Assembly (NCBI GenBank): GCA_964035545.1
Contig: OZ037765.1
Location: 496,001 to 560,000, forward strand
Direction: 5' to 3'
Source: Bugula neritina
Lineage: Eukaryota; Animalia; Bryozoa
DNA length: 64,000 nucleotides
Shown: in pieces, positions 29,689 through 42,829 of the stretch
How the letters are laid out: every line of letters starts with the position of its first letter
Numbering within the stretch: the first letter of the stretch is position 1
Program-made: the position numbers and the translations under genes
The notes under the pieces: generated by a model
Databases searched by the model: none
What the model was told of the DNA's origin: nothing
The model's input: the letters and a program-made list of their open reading frames with translations, nothing else

Positions 29689-32600
29689 ATGTGGTGCTGG
29701 GATAGAGGAAGGTGGCTCTGTGTTCTCTTCTCGTTGTGTCTCCTCGCCCTCGTTAGTTGTGATGGTAGGTCATGTGACATATCATGTGACTTATACTACA
29801 GTAACATATACTACATACTACAGTAACATATACTACATACTACAGTAACATATACTATATACTACAGTAACATATACTACATACTACAGTAACATATACT
29901 ATATACTACAGTAACATATACTATATACTACAGTAACATATACTACAGTAACATATACTACATCTATTCTACTACATCATAATTCACGCTATATTGAGTG
30001 ATGCTAGTAATTGAACTGTAAACACCAGTTTTACTACATCTTCAGTTTTACTATCATTATGACTGTCTAGTTCACATTAGTAGGTCACTACTGTATATAG
30101 GTCACTACTGTATATAGGTCACTACTGTATATAGGTCACTACTGTATATAGGTCACTACTCTAGTTAGTCACCACTGCCTATTGCTACATGGTTTGTTAT
30201 CTCGTGTGAGGTGTGGAGATAAGGCTCGTTCCCACACTTACATTCATGTAGCAAGTGATGTAGTAAACTGGGGAATGAGAATAGAAATATCTAGTGATCA
30301 CTCAGTCCTAGCATAGCAATACTTTTCACCATCCAATGTGAACAGGTGCTCTGAGCTCTACACATCACCCAGTGTGTCACTTCTGTCTGTACATGGCACA
30401 GGACAGCAAGTGCTACCAGGGGTGCTACTTGACACGTCACTTGAGATATGTCAAGTGCATCTTCTCCAAGTGACAACATGCTGTAGATGCCCTGTCACAG
30501 GTGCCCTGTCACAGGAGCACTGTGTGAGGTGTGAACAGTCTGCATTGTCTATTCATTGTCAAGTGGCTACCCACTAATTCGCATGACACAGGGCTGTTTG
30601 CATTTCTTTTGACAGTATGGCAGGCAGTAACACACTTTGTATACTTTCTCTTTGCTGTTATTGTGCACCAGGCAAACAAGGCCGCTCAGTTTACACAGTT
30701 TTTAACTCTCACCAGGCCTCAGTGTTTAAATTGTATTAGATTATTATTATTTAGTTTGTGAATGGCCCATTGAGCTATTATTTCTATTATTTGCTCTCAA
30801 TTTCCAAAGCAGTGTTGACTAACTTGGTTAATTGTACTGAATTATTCCAACAAGTCTTCTCATGATTTTTATTCCTATTTTCAATAAAATATCAGCATTA
30901 GTACAGATTTCACCTAGTAGCGGGTTTACTCTGCAGAATCCACCTAGTAGCTGGTTTATTCTGCAGAATTCACCTAGTAGCTGGTTTATTCTGCAGAATT
31001 CACCTAGTAGCTGGTTTATTCTGCAGATTTCACCTAGTAGCTGGTTTACTCTGCAGATTTCACCTAGTAGCTGGTTTACTCTGCAGAATTCACCTAGTAG
31101 CTGGTTTATTCTGCAGATTTCACAGGAGGGTGCAACTCGGAGCCCTGCTGGGAGCTGTACCAGACAGCTAACAGCTACTACCAGGCTGACGTGCCGGGGA
31201 TAGAGAGTCAGGCTGCCAGGAAGTGCACGGTGCTGAGGACGTACAGATCCTGTCTGGTGCAGCTGGACAGCGTGCTGTGTGCCGGAACTCTCAGCTATCG
31301 CGGCGCCATGAGGGTCCTGAGGTCAGAGTTCAACGTCAACAACTGCTCGGCAGACGGACCCGTCTACCCGGAAGGTCCGGAACCAGTCAAGACGGACACC
31401 GCCACGCCGTGCTCCTTCAAGAAGAAGTCGTTGTACAGCTACTGCACTCTGTTTGGAGACCCTCACCTCATCACCTTCTCCGGGCAGCAGATGACCTGCA
31501 AGCTGGAGGGGGCGTGGCCTCTCATAGACAACGAGTTCCTCACGGTTCAGGTGACTAATTCACCTCAGTCTGCCAGCTCCAGAGCCGCCACTGTCACTCA
31601 GAAGGTTGGTTGTGCTTTTACAGTATACCCCTCTCACTACTCTCTCACTACACCCCTCTCACTACTCTCTCACTACACCCCCTCTCACTACTCTCTCACT
31701 ACGCCCCCTCTCTCACTACTCTCTCACTACACCCCTCCTAACTACACCCCCTCTCACTACCCTCTCACTACACCCCCTCTCACTACTCTCTCACTACACC
31801 CCCTCTCACTACACCCCCTCTCACTACTCTCTCACTACTCTCTCACTATACCCCTCTCACTACTCTCTCACTACTCTCTCACTACTCTCTCACTATACCC
31901 CTCTCACTACTCTCTCACTACTCTCTCACTACACCCCTCCTAACTACACCCCCTCTCACTACGCCCCCTCTCACTACTCTCTCACTACTCTCTCACTACT
32001 CTCTCACTACTCTCTCACTACGCCCCTTCTCACTACACCCCCTCTCACTATGCCCCTTCTCACTACAAACCTTCTAACTACACTCCTTCTCACTATCCCC
32101 CTCCTAACTACACCCCTCCTCACTACAACCCCTCCTCAACACACAGTACACCCCTTCTCACTACACTCCCTCTCACCATACCCCTTCTCACTAGTCACTC
32201 ACTACACTCCCTCTCACTACACCCCCTCTCACTAGTCACTCACTACACTCCCTCATAGTGCACCTCTCTTTCATTTCCCAGTATGGAGATGTTTGTAACA
32301 GGTGTTAACAGGAATGGTCATGTAGCAGAGATAAGAGAGTGCCTTAAGTGTGTGTAGATTGACTAGGCTACAAACACCCAACTATTCCACTGATAAGACT
32401 CCAGTTCTACACTATAGCCTCAGTTCAACAGTTCTCAGAATGAGTGTAGAACCTAGGTTATCACCGGATACACCACAACTTCCCCATTTATTATTCTAGT
32501 CTAAGAGTTGGTCCATTCTGCACTAGAACTTCTTCCTGTGTGGCATTTGCATGAAGATTCTTGCAACTAATCTATCTAATGGTTGCCATACGGCTATTTT

Positions 32601-35600
32601 ATTGTATATAGTCCATCTGTTAGCTAATGGCTTCCACATTACATTCCTGCTCTACATTATCCTAGGCAATCATCTCTGCCCTACACTTCCATCTATTCTT
32701 TCAACAAGGCAGTCAATCTATTTCAGTCCCATTACTTTCTCCTTGTCTGTACGCAGGTGTTAAAACCACAAACTGCGCTGTAATCAGTCCTGCGGTGGCG
32801 CTGTGGTTGTCACGTGACCCCTGTGCCCGCGCCATTGTCTTCTGCTACAGTAGTGTGCAGCTGATGAAAATGCATTTCTATTACGCGGTAGCTACAGTAG
32901 ATATAATACACTACAATGGAGATTGTTTTTTCAATTGACTATTGGGAGGAGCTCTTTGAATAAAGTGAATAGAGAGTTGATTGAGTCGAGATGAACACAA
33001 TGTAACATATCACGCCTTTTTAGCTGGCCATTCACTTTACCATTCAGAAAGGTCGCTCAGAAAGTTGTTTTGAGTAGCTGACGCATTAGCTCTAGCGGTA
33101 GCATAATGATGGAACAGATATTTCAATATTTTAGCCTGAATTCAATACTTATAATCATCCGGGTGTGTTGCTGCATAGCCTCACCTAGTATGTTGTTACA
33201 TCTTCAGGGTATTTAGACAATATAACAATTCCTTGTCAATTCTTACTCAGTCAGTGGCTACCATGTTCTATGCATCAAGTCATCAGTCACTGTTATCAAG
33301 TTATGCACCAACAACACTCTTTGCTGGCATCTCACCACAAACTGTCAGATGAATATAACTATTACCGCACTAGACAAGCTGTGACCCTCTCATTCCTAGT
33401 TACAGTAACCACACCATCACGCTAATTATTCAGCAACAGTAGCAGTGTGTAATTTCAAATGATGGATGGATATAATTTATAATTCATACGTTAGCCCAGT
33501 TTCGCACTTCATTACGAAAGACATCACTGCCCGCCCTACTTGCTCAGTTGGAGGTGTGCAAACTGAGTTAATGTCATTTTTGTGTTTTAATGAAATAACT
33601 TGGTGTAATTTCACAGATGACTAGCCCAGCCGAACCTGGCTGGAGCTAGCTAACACCTGGGCATCTACAGATGTGTCTACAGATGTGTCTACAGATGTGT
33701 CTAGAGATATTGGTAGTACTTGTAGTACTTACTGCTCGCTCTCACATTGCCAGTTGTGTGTTGTAGGTCACTGTACGTCATGTATTGTAGGTCACTGTAC
33801 GTCATGTATTGTAGGTAACTGTACGTCATGTATTGTAGGTCACTGTACGTCGTGTATTGTAGGTCACGGTGGTGATAAAAGGCCGAGGTGGAGGCAAGCT
33901 GGGCAACTTCTGCGGTTCAAAGGAAGCTGTGTTTTACAGCGCAGAGGCGGGCTCTCTCCCCTCAACGTTTGCTGACGGTATGAGAGAGTACGGGGCGTAT
34001 AACAGTATCCAGGTGAAGACAGCTCAACCTGGGGAACAGGTAAGCTGTCGTGTGCTTCTCTACCTTCTCCTTGTACCTGTCTACTCTAGTCACTCTAATC
34101 ACAGTAACTGACTGAATGACTGACTATATTTAGCTTACACTGATAGTTTGGCCACAGTTGAAGAGCCCGTGGTTGCATTAGACAGGTAAACAGTGTGTTT
34201 CTATGAACTAGCTACTAGAAGGACCCCTTGTCATCTCCATGCTGCCACCCGCTCGCTGACTTCAGTCTGAATATTTCCTACTCTTCTACTCTCCAGCTCT
34301 TGGCTGTTGAAGTAATGATTCCAGTATTACATTCACTGGCGGTTGTGTTTGTCGTTGACTTTGTGCGGCTCCCTTTTCTCGTTTAGCTTTAGATACAGAG
34401 ATATTTTAATAGTCTAAGTTCTTCAGTTGTGAAAATGGATTTCGGTTTGGGGCAATTCTTTTGAGGACATAACTTCTTGCTACACTTGCTATCTAAATTT
34501 TCTCCACTACAGCTTAGCCTATTCTAGCCAGTGTTCCTAACAGTACATAGACTTGGGTTCTACTAACTCCTGGCCCAACCATTACTGTACGCCTTGCAGA
34601 CTGTAGTACATCAGGGAAGGTTTATTAACCTTTGAATATTGATATACACACTCAAGGTGAAGCCATTAACTGGTGTAATTGTTGTGTGAGATGGCCATTA
34701 GCTGAGTAAACACAAAGAATACATCTAATACTAGCTCTCTTGGCTCTTCACTTCTAAATCTTGCAGCTCTAACAAAGTTCAGGCAGCATTTGTAATTACT
34801 TCATCCTATTTGTTGACATGTTTTGGTTGATGTGTGTTTCTATAGTCACTGATGATAGAGAAATCTCTAGTCTCTAGTTATTGTTTAAATAATATATATT
34901 AGAAGGAAGGCAGTTGTTAGCTATAGGTGTTTAGACTTGGTGGTGATGAGTTTGTAATATTAGCTGCAATATTCTGATATATACTGGTAAATAGCAACTA
35001 GAAAGTAGGAGTTGCCTTCTATATATTTTCTCAGTTCTACAGAGCAAACAACTTCTTATTTGAAATCATAACCTAATAACACAACCACTATAATATTCTC
35101 CTTCCTTCATAAATTCATTTTCCATGCTTCAATATTTCATCTATTAGAAATTTGAAACAATAATTTTGTCTTGTAGTGTTGGCAGACTAGCCGACTTATT
35201 TCAGTAATTATTATATTATATACTATATTATATTATGTTATATTATATCATGTTATATTATATTATGTTATATTATATTATGTTATACTATATTATATTG
35301 TGTTATATTATATTATGTTATATTATATCATGTTATATTATGTTATATTGTATTATATTATATTCCTTAAAGGCGGTAAGCTTCCAGGTTATTTATTACA
35401 TTTGAGCAAAAGTTTGCATGCTTTTCAACTGTTTTATCAGCATTTTATCCAATTTCTTATACGAAAACACTACAAAAATGTAAGTAAAAGTGGTCATATT
35501 AGGTGTCTTGGACTTGCCCAGACTTGCCCGCGAGCGTGCCCTCCGTGTCCTATTCTGACGTGGGGATGGCAAAATAGCCCTATTGTAGCGTGAGTTTATA

Positions 35601-38600
35601 TCGCGTAAAGTTATTAAGAAGCGGGTTTGTCACAGATTCTGGTTATTCGTAGTTCAAATCACATGAATGTTACTCTTCGGGCGGCTACTAATAACTAACG
35701 TTAGCTACGCAACATCAAGAAAGGTAACTAATTTGACTGTTTTCAAATGGACTATTCCATTTCGCTAGTTTGTAACTTGCTGTAAATCACAAAATAATTA
35801 TTTTCCCTATTTTAATTTCAATTATCATGTCGACCACACTACCAGAAAATTACTCTTAAATATGCAGTAAATGATGATTTTCAACCGTTTTGTGATGAAT
35901 TATAGGTTAGTAGTTGTCTACGTAAAACCAAGTTTTAAAATTTGTAACTGAATCAGTGAAACTGAATCACAGTATCAGTGTGACTATGAGTATCACTAGT
36001 CTATCACTATGAGTATGTCTATGACTCTCACTCTAACTCTAAGTCTATGACTGTCGCCTATTGGTGAACTATTATTAATAATATTCAATGGTTATATTTA
36101 TTAATACTATTATCAGTCATAATGATAATCATATCACATATGACAGTATCAGTTACGGAGCAGAATCAGTTTCGAAACTAATACTTATAATATTAGTTAT
36201 AACTATAAGTATAAGTTATACCAATAGCTATATTTATATTAATATAAATATTTATATTCATAGTAATACTAATAACAAATGTAAAATTATTATGTTAATA
36301 GTTATACTTGTAAGTTATAATATAAAACAAACGACACAAGTATTAATTTGAACTGCTGGTCTTAAAATAAAAAGTAAAATAAATAATAATATAAATAATA
36401 AAATATAAATTATAATAATTTAATTATACTAATACTAATAGCAATACTTATACAGTAATATAATTATAATAAATTTATAAAACTTAAACAACTTTAAATT
36501 TAAGGAACAACTTTAAATACAAACAAAGATAATATTAAATAATTATAATCATAATGATCATAACAATAAATATAATTATGATTCCAATAATTATCAATAT
36601 ATTATATAATATTTAAATTATTTTAATTTATAATTATAATCATAAATTTTATAGTTATAGTGAATAAATTCAATTTGACATAACTATAATATTATAAAGC
36701 AGTCAGCCTATCTCTAATGCTGATTGAAATTCAGATTGTTATGACTGTATCATTATTCACTAACTCTAAGAGTAAGTGGCTACAATTATTAGTATCAATG
36801 TTGTGTTAGAGTACTATACCCATTGGAATTTTGATATATCCATTATATTTACAACTCTGCCTGTTACAGCTATTAATAAATTGAACCAAAATACCAACAG
36901 TGCCTAATCATCGCCTTATTTATAAAATAATCACAATCATAATGCTCAAGTTAATAGATTGGAAATTATTGAAAATTATGTTGATGCCAATATAAATATG
37001 ACATTGTATGCATCCAAGTAGTGATGTTGTAATATATCTTGGAAGATAATTACATTATAATAAGAGTTAAATTCCTCTAAGTAACTTTTTTGCAATTATT
37101 CCTTAGAATAACTATAACTTATACTTCTAACATTTAATAGCGCATTAGTTTTAGATTGAGCTACTAATTGTATTTATTGCATGTGAAAGTTAGTTATTCT
37201 CCGCCAGCTGCATGAATGTGACTGGTAAATTTTGTAACCTTTGGCAGTAATAACTTTGTAGCATAAATTAGACACATTTATATGAAAATACATAATTTTA
37301 ATGCTATAGCTGCTAGTAATTCTAATGGGTGTAATAATATTACTTACTTTCACCAGCATTAATTTTTACTTTGTTCATGCTTCATAAAGCGTTTTCTAAA
37401 TTCTTTTTTGAATAAATATACATATAATGTGCTGAATAGATTACATATGTTGGGGTTCTTCCTATACTGCAGCTCAGCCTACACTCCCCGCCACAAATGT
37501 TCCTAAACTACTAGCTTCATCAGGATACAGATTGATGGAGCTGTATTGATAAAAACTTCTCTTTTTAGCAGTAGAGGCATCATGAAAAAAAAAGGCAAGT
37601 ATTTTACTCAATAAGAATTCGGTTTTTTACTTCTACAAATTTGATAGCCTACACGATTCTATTTAAATGGAAACTGGTCTGACATAATGTGTCTGCAATT
37701 TATTAGTTATAATATAGTAAATACTATGCAGGCCTATAGATCAAATGGCTCAAAAAAAATTAAATAAAACATTACACAATGCTGTATTTATTAGCAATGT
37801 AATACTTAGCAACTAATTTCACATTATTATTGTTTGCAAAGTTTCATACATCTACATATGTTTGTTCAATTCAGTGTTCTGAAGTAGAAGGTTCCAACAG
37901 CAGGGAAAAGCCTTGAACAAGATATTATGTTCTACATCTCCAACTCATTTTAACTTTGCTGGTCAGTTCATTGTGTATCTGGAGCATAGTTTTGTATTTT
38001 CAAGTAGTCCATCAGATACCTTTGTAGATAGTAAAGATTAAAATGCTTGTGCAATGATGTCCATAATGTTGAACCGATTTATTGAAACTAAAACTGTTCT
38101 TAATTATAACAAAACTTGACAATCTTTACATAAAGAATAATGTCCTATAATCTATCTTCATTGTAAACAAAATTAGAAAGTTCCACACCAGCAAATTGTT
38201 TATCATCATCTGTAGGTGGAAGACGCGTGCACTTAGTTATAAAGGCAAGCTGACAGTGGTTTTCTTTGCCTTCTATGAAGATTTGGAAAGAGCCAGAAAA
38301 TTAATACTCTATAACTGCAAAACCATGTTGTAGTGTCTTGTGTTATTGATTGAATCATCTAAAAGAAAAATTGTTGTATCATTATAATTTTACTGTTAAT
38401 GAATTAGCAAATCTACTTATCTTGGTAAATATGTTCAAGAACAAATACTATAGTGTAACTCAGTTTTGGTTATGTGTATGCTCCTTAAGCAAATTTACAG
38501 CAGATATCAAACTATATATTAGAGACTGATATAGGAATTAAATTTAAGCTAACCATGATGATGTAAATAGCTGTTGTATGTGACTTCGAGAACTCTGCTG

Positions 38601-41600
38601 GCCATGTCAGTTCAAATACACCAGGGTGATCTGTTACGAATTTCATGTCATTATTGAAATTCAGCTTTTTCAAGTGCCTCTTCACAACTCTGGCAGCATT
38701 CCGACTGCTCCTTAGCTTTCTGCGCCTGAAATTTCTTCTACTTGCACCATTCTTCTATTGGTGGAATGTTAGCCTATAACAAACAGGTGTACCAAAGCTA
38801 AAAAAATATCTAATTCACTGCACTAGGATATTATTCAACTCATTTAAATTTAATATATAGCAGTAAAACAATCACATAATTGTTTTTATTTTATCAGCTT
38901 TACTTTACAAAGCTGAACCATATAATTTAGTAACTTGTCACCATAATAAACTTTGTACAACATACAAATTGAAAACCTGATGTGATTGCTTTTTTAATAG
39001 AATATACATCAAAAACATGTTACTTTGATAAGCGTGTTTATAATAAAAGTATTAAACCAGTTTGAAAAAATTATTTTGTTATATAAGGGATCACAAAACT
39101 ACATCATTTTAGACCTGTAGCTCAATGTTCCTCAAGCAACGGGCTGCTATGACTAATTAATTTTCTATCATTGCATTTGATTGTTCTACTCATAGTGTGT
39201 TGGCGAATTAAAATTATTGGTAATTTAATGTATATTTTAGCTACCTCTGTACAATCAATGTCATAGTAATATCAATTAGGTTTTAAATTTCACTGAGTTT
39301 ATAGTAAATTACTGCAACCGTTACATAACATTTGGCTAGTTCTCTAGTTCATTAAATAACCATACGAACTTAAATTTACAACATGACAAAACACACAAAG
39401 CAAAATTAAAATAAGCATATTATGAACCAATGTAAATGATAAGCGATAATGCTGTTATAAAACATAAATTATCAAATTGAAATAGTTATTATTACTATTA
39501 GTATTACTATCATTATAACAACTATAACTATTATTAGTATTACTATTAGTATTAGTATTAGCAAATTAGTAGTAAAAAATGAGTAGAGCTCAACATATAC
39601 AATCTAGCTTACTATAAAAGTAGAAGTAGAATTTTAAAACTATCATCTGCATCATTATCAGAACTATGAGTAATACTAGTAGTTGTACTAATAGTAATAC
39701 TAATTATTAATACTAATAGTATCACTATGAGTATGAGACTTGGGCTGGCAGTGATTATCACTATCAGTATCAGCATCGTCATAGTCAAAAGTTACAAGAA
39801 TTAGAAGCCATATTCATATTCATAGTAATAGTCAATCATTGATTGAGTTAATGTCATAGTGATACTCAAACTCATAATTAATTTATACGATACTCATACT
39901 CATAGTGATAGTGATACTTCACTGTGAATTTAATAATAATTTTAATTTAATATAAATAATAAATATTATTATTAATATTATCATTGTTGCTAATATTATG
40001 TCTTACTCTTAGTCTAACAGCAGCTCTATGAAGAAGTTAAACATAACTGATAACAAAACAAATTTCAAAAATAATACTGCAACAATCAATATAATGTATA
40101 TCAATATGCTAGCAACCTAATTTTCAGCTCACTTCATTAACTTTCCGTGCAGTATTGTGAATTGTGATGAAATAAATTTATTAATGGTGACCTTGACATC
40201 TTCGTCCAAATGCCTTTCACGTCAAGCCCCGAACCAATTTGTAAAAATTTTGGATTTTTTACTTTTGATTATTTTTTACGAAAAGAGCTTCAAAATAAAT
40301 TTAAAAAAAAGTGAGCTGTTGTCCACATGAAAAGAAATATATGAGCTAATTTTCTAAATTCAGGAAGTTACCAGAGGGTCACAATATTTTTTTAAAAAAA
40401 TCTTTATTTTCACGACAAGCTCTATATATTAATATAGAAAAAAAGAAGACAACTCTTTTTTCAGATTTTTCATGTGCCACGGTCACGTCAATATCAGTGC
40501 TATTAACACATATATTTTAATTCATTTTTTCTGGTATATTGAGTTGAGATTTTTTGTATATATTTTGTGAATGCTACTAAAAAAGTATGATCTTTTAATT
40601 AACAGTAATTGATTTTATCAAAATAACCTGGATGCTTACGATGTTTAAGACTAGTTTTCTATAATATTTTGACTGATAAACTATGTTTAGAATACATACA
40701 AGAACTCATTGAGATGTTATACTCATAGACTGAGATGTTATACTCATAGACTGAGATGTTATACTCATAGACTGAGATGTTATACTCATAGACTGAGATG
40801 TTATACTCATAGACTGAGATGTTATACTCATAGACTGAGATGTTATACTCATAGACTGAGATGTTATACTCATAGACTGAGATGTTATACTCATAGACTG
40901 AGATGCTATACTCATAGACTCAGATGTTATACTCATAGACTGAGATGTTATACTCATAGACTGAGATGTTATACTCATAGACTGAGATGTTATACTCCTA
41001 GACTGAGATGTTATACTCATAGACTGAGATGTTATACTCATAGTCTGTTATACCTGCAGGTAGAGATCTACATCAAGTACATCGACTCCACTGTAGTGAT
41101 CAGACAGATAGCCAGCCGCTACCTCAGCGTTGGGATTAGAATTCCTGAACTCGTGTTGAACGGCACAAGGGAAGGCGGCGACTTCCTGCGGCAGCTTTGT
41201 CTGGACAGCTGCCCCGTCTCAGAGAGAGTTGACTTGTCCAAATTACTACTCGACATCTCTCAAGGCACGCCTCGGCAGCGGAGCTCCTATGCTGCTGCTC
41301 AAGCGTCCTGCAGGGATAAAGCAGTGACGGACTTCTTCTTTGACTCGTGTGTGTTTGACGTGCTGATGACGGGGGAGAGCTCGTTTGTCAGCATGGCTCA
41401 CAGCGCCTACGACGACGTGCGCAAGTTCTCATCTCGCCAGCCTCGCTGGACAAACCGCACAGACATTGTGTCGTACACTGAGCCGTCAGTCGCTGCCAGG
41501 TCCAGGACAGACAGGTCTGGCGTTACGTCATCGGCAGCATACTCTAATACAAGTCTAGTTCGGACGTTGTTGTTTGTGTATGTAATGTATGTGTCGTATC

Positions 41601-41605
41601 ATTGA
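29689..41605 (+). CDS. RGM: Repulsive guidance molecule (RGM/hemojuvelin/DRAG-1 family) BMP co-receptor; exons 29689-29764, 31117-31604, 33863-34039, 41060-41605
   Basis: Signal peptide MWCWDRGRWLCVLFSLCLLALVSC; autocleavage motif CTLFGDPHLITF..TCKLEGAWPLIDNEFLTVQVTN; LPSTFADG; DFFFDSCVFDVLMTG; hydrophobic C-terminal tail (possible GPI signal); phases 1, 0, 0 are consistent. Confidence 0.93.
30901..31123 (+). repeat. 30-bp repeat containing the RGM exon 2 acceptor
   Basis: (CTGCAG|AWTTCACCTAGTAGCTGGTTTAYT) x7, followed by the real CTGCAG|ATTTCACAGG. Confidence 0.95.
31626..32253. repeat. C/T-rich degenerate minisatellite (CTCTCACTACACCC/CTCTCACTACT) after the RGM exon 2 donor
   Basis: Strongly strand-biased, almost G-free array. 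Confidence 0.9.
33757..33867 (+). repeat. 24-bp repeat containing the RGM exon 3 acceptor
   Basis: (GTATTGTAG|GTCACTGTACGTCAT) x4, then the real TTGTAG|GTCACG. Confidence 0.95.
35371..40644. mobile_element. Decayed Kolobok-like DNA transposon (about 5.3 kb) in RGM intron 3
   Basis: TTAA on both flanks (35367-70, 40645-48); 24-bp TIR AGGCGGTAAGCTTCCAGGTTATTT vs reverse complement of the right end ACATCGTAAGCATCCAGGTTATTT (19/24); internal KolX-like remnant. Confidence 0.75.
38144..38773 (-). pseudogene. Degenerate KolX / P2X7 C-terminal (ballast)-like gene of the transposon; two exons, 38773-38554 and 38358 to about 38144
   Basis: Translation across stops and frameshifts: EEWCK*KKFQAQKAKEQSECCQSCEEALE/KFVTDHPGVFEL/RVLEVTYNSYLHHH|DDSINN/FCSYRVLIFWLFPNLHRRQRKPLSACLYN*/LPPTDDDKQFAG. 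This follows the WCxC..CC..THPG..VL..Y..YR...W...R..LPxC...FP...G order of that domain; the GT-AG intron is in phase. Confidence 0.65.
40710..41052. repeat. 21-bp minisatellite (TGAGATGTTATACTCATAGAC)n abutting the RGM last-exon acceptor
   Basis: About 16 copies running into TGTTATACCTGCAG|GTA. Confidence 0.95.
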
Positions 41606-42758
41606 TACTGCTGCCAGTATAGCTGCCGAGTGCTGGCAGCACTTTGCTGTAGTCTAGTACAGGTATCTTAGTGTATAGTATATTTATATTGCACCTCATT
41701 CTATTAGTATACCTCTTGAGTACTTGGAGTTGTCATCTTATTCTAATGCCTAGTATTCCATGTTTACTCACTCACTATTATATGACTTATGAACTCCATT
41801 GCACACAATTTGCCATATGCTGTTGTTTTATGTTTGAAATGTGTAAATATAACGATATACAGTATTCCAAGAGACATCACTACACTTGGAGTCATCTGCT
41901 CAGTTTGTAAAGTACATGTACATAGGCCCATCTAGAATGTAAAAGTATTATTTTAATATTGTTTGTTTTTTTTATGCTTTCATATAGATAAATTATTTTT
42001 TACATATTAGTTTTTTAATTTATATTTTGTGCATGGTGTAATTTGCATTTGAATCTACAAATAAAACAGTTATGCTATGTCTAATAATGATTCTGAAAGT
42101 TTTTGCTAATAAAAACTTTTTGCAGGTTATAATTTATAAATATTGAAGTAATCAAAGAGATAAATTCTGATGTTTGGTCAGATTATTTGCTGCATTGAAT
42201 TAGTGGCAATAATTGCTATTGAATGGCGATGTGGAGTTATCTTCTCTCTGTAGTGTTGATGCAAAGTTATAAGTTCTTTTCACTTATAAATAATTCTTTG
42301 GGATAATTTCTTCACAAAAAGCACAAGAGTTGTCTTTACTTGTAATTTCTTGTAAGTCTTCCCGTTTGCTTGAAGCAAGCAAAATATTTACAATTGTATA
42401 CAGCATAGGCTATAAACATAAAGTATAAACAATATAGTATAAAGTTTGTATATGTGTGCGTGTTGTCTTTTTTTTTTTTAGTAAATTCATCCCATGAACT
42501 ATAAGTTATAGTTTCAGTTCAGTGAATTCATCGTCCAAAATTTTTACTAGCACATTATTTATTATCTTTTTTTCATTTTAAGGGTTATCTTTTTTTAACA
42601 TTTTTCATTAGCAGCTATTATGCTCTTTTACATTATTTTTTTGACAAAACATTATTTTGCCACATTAAAAAGTTTTAAATTAAATTTTTTTTATAAATTT
42701 TGCTAAATTGTGATAAATAAATAAATAAAATGCAATTATGTAGATAGCGTTTCGTGCA

Positions 42759-42775
42759 TCTCCTCCTTCCTTTCT
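42759..42775 (+). promoter_or_regulatory. Polypyrimidine TCT/5'TOP initiator of RPS26
   Basis: TCTCCTCCTTCCTTTCT about 55 nt upstream of ATG|GT, typical of ribosomal protein genes. Confidence 0.7.
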
Positions 42776-42829
42776 ACGCCATTTATAATTTTGGCCACCT
42801 GCTTTTGTGAGGCAGCGCACAAAAGAACC

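Noticed and set aside
31606-32235. Thr/Pro/Leu-rich mucin-like ORF continuing RGM exon 2
   Set aside because: It lies after the AAG|GTTGGT donor at 31604; RGM homology resumes at 33863.
40706-41059. RCYTHRL repeat as an N-terminal extension of the 298-aa ORF, and the SMSITSQ antisense ORF
   Set aside because: It is an intronic 21-bp array upstream of the true RGM acceptor at 41059/60.
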